From: an uncultured Chloroflexia bacterium
GTDB lineage: Bacteria > Chloroflexota > Limnocylindria > Limnocylindrales > CSP1-4
DNA length: 64,000 nucleotides
Assembly: GCA_963819655.1 (NCBI GenBank)
Contig: CAWFXA010000002.1
Coordinates: 1,600,001-1,664,000 of the forward strand
Direction of reading: 5' to 3'
Shown here: positions 63,988 to 64,000 of the stretch, one piece after another
Layout of the letters: each line of letters opens with the position of its first letter
Numbering within the stretch: position 1 is the stretch's first letter
The notes under the pieces: model-generated
The model's input: only the letters and a program-made list of their open reading frames with translations
Database searches by the model: none
Told to the model about the DNA's origin: nothing
Position numbers and translations under genes: made by a program

Positions 63988-64000
63988 TCCAGCCTCAGAC
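63984..64000 (+). CDS. rplN: 50S ribosomal protein L14, 5' fragment
   Basis: GTG ATC CAG CCT CAG = MIQPQ, overlapping the rpsQ stop; canonical gene order. Confidence 0.75.

Overview
High-GC bacterial chromosome segment, most likely Chloroflexota; the 16S sequence, clpC-radA-yacL-ispDF-cysS-rlmB order and large SRP RNA suggest this, and a Limnocylindria/Ellin6529-like lineage is only an inference. It is mostly core genome. In order: a complete shikimate operon on the minus strand (aroF-aroA-aroE-aroC-aroKB-aroQ-chorismate mutase, then the start of a GluRS-family gene); a tRNA-anchored accessory patch (7.6-13.5 kb); pfk; tadA-tRNA-Ser-SRP RNA-dnaX-ybaB-recR; one rrn operon (16S-Ile-Ala-23S-5S); rpsA; the clpC to rlmB cluster; and the tRNA-tuf-secE-nusG-rplKAJL-rpoBC-str-S10 cluster with two near-identical tuf copies. 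The most notable signals are: (1) the syntenic TadA lacks its catalytic Glu (HAE to HAV) and carries A106V/D108N-equivalent residues, and the tRNA-Arg here has anticodon GCG rather than ACG, suggesting loss of inosine wobble with a retained pseudo-deaminase; (2) a Phe-Tyr-Phe leader peptide plus terminator that looks like a ribosome-coupled attenuator for the whole shikimate operon; (3) single accessory genes bracketed by tRNAs and degenerate tRNA fragments with no integrase; (4) a long structured RNA upstream of rpsA; (5) a natural RpoB H526S substitution in the rifamycin pocket; (6) long disordered extensions on S1, S17, RpoC and RlmB. All calls are by eye from the sequence and ORF track; no searches or folding programs were run.
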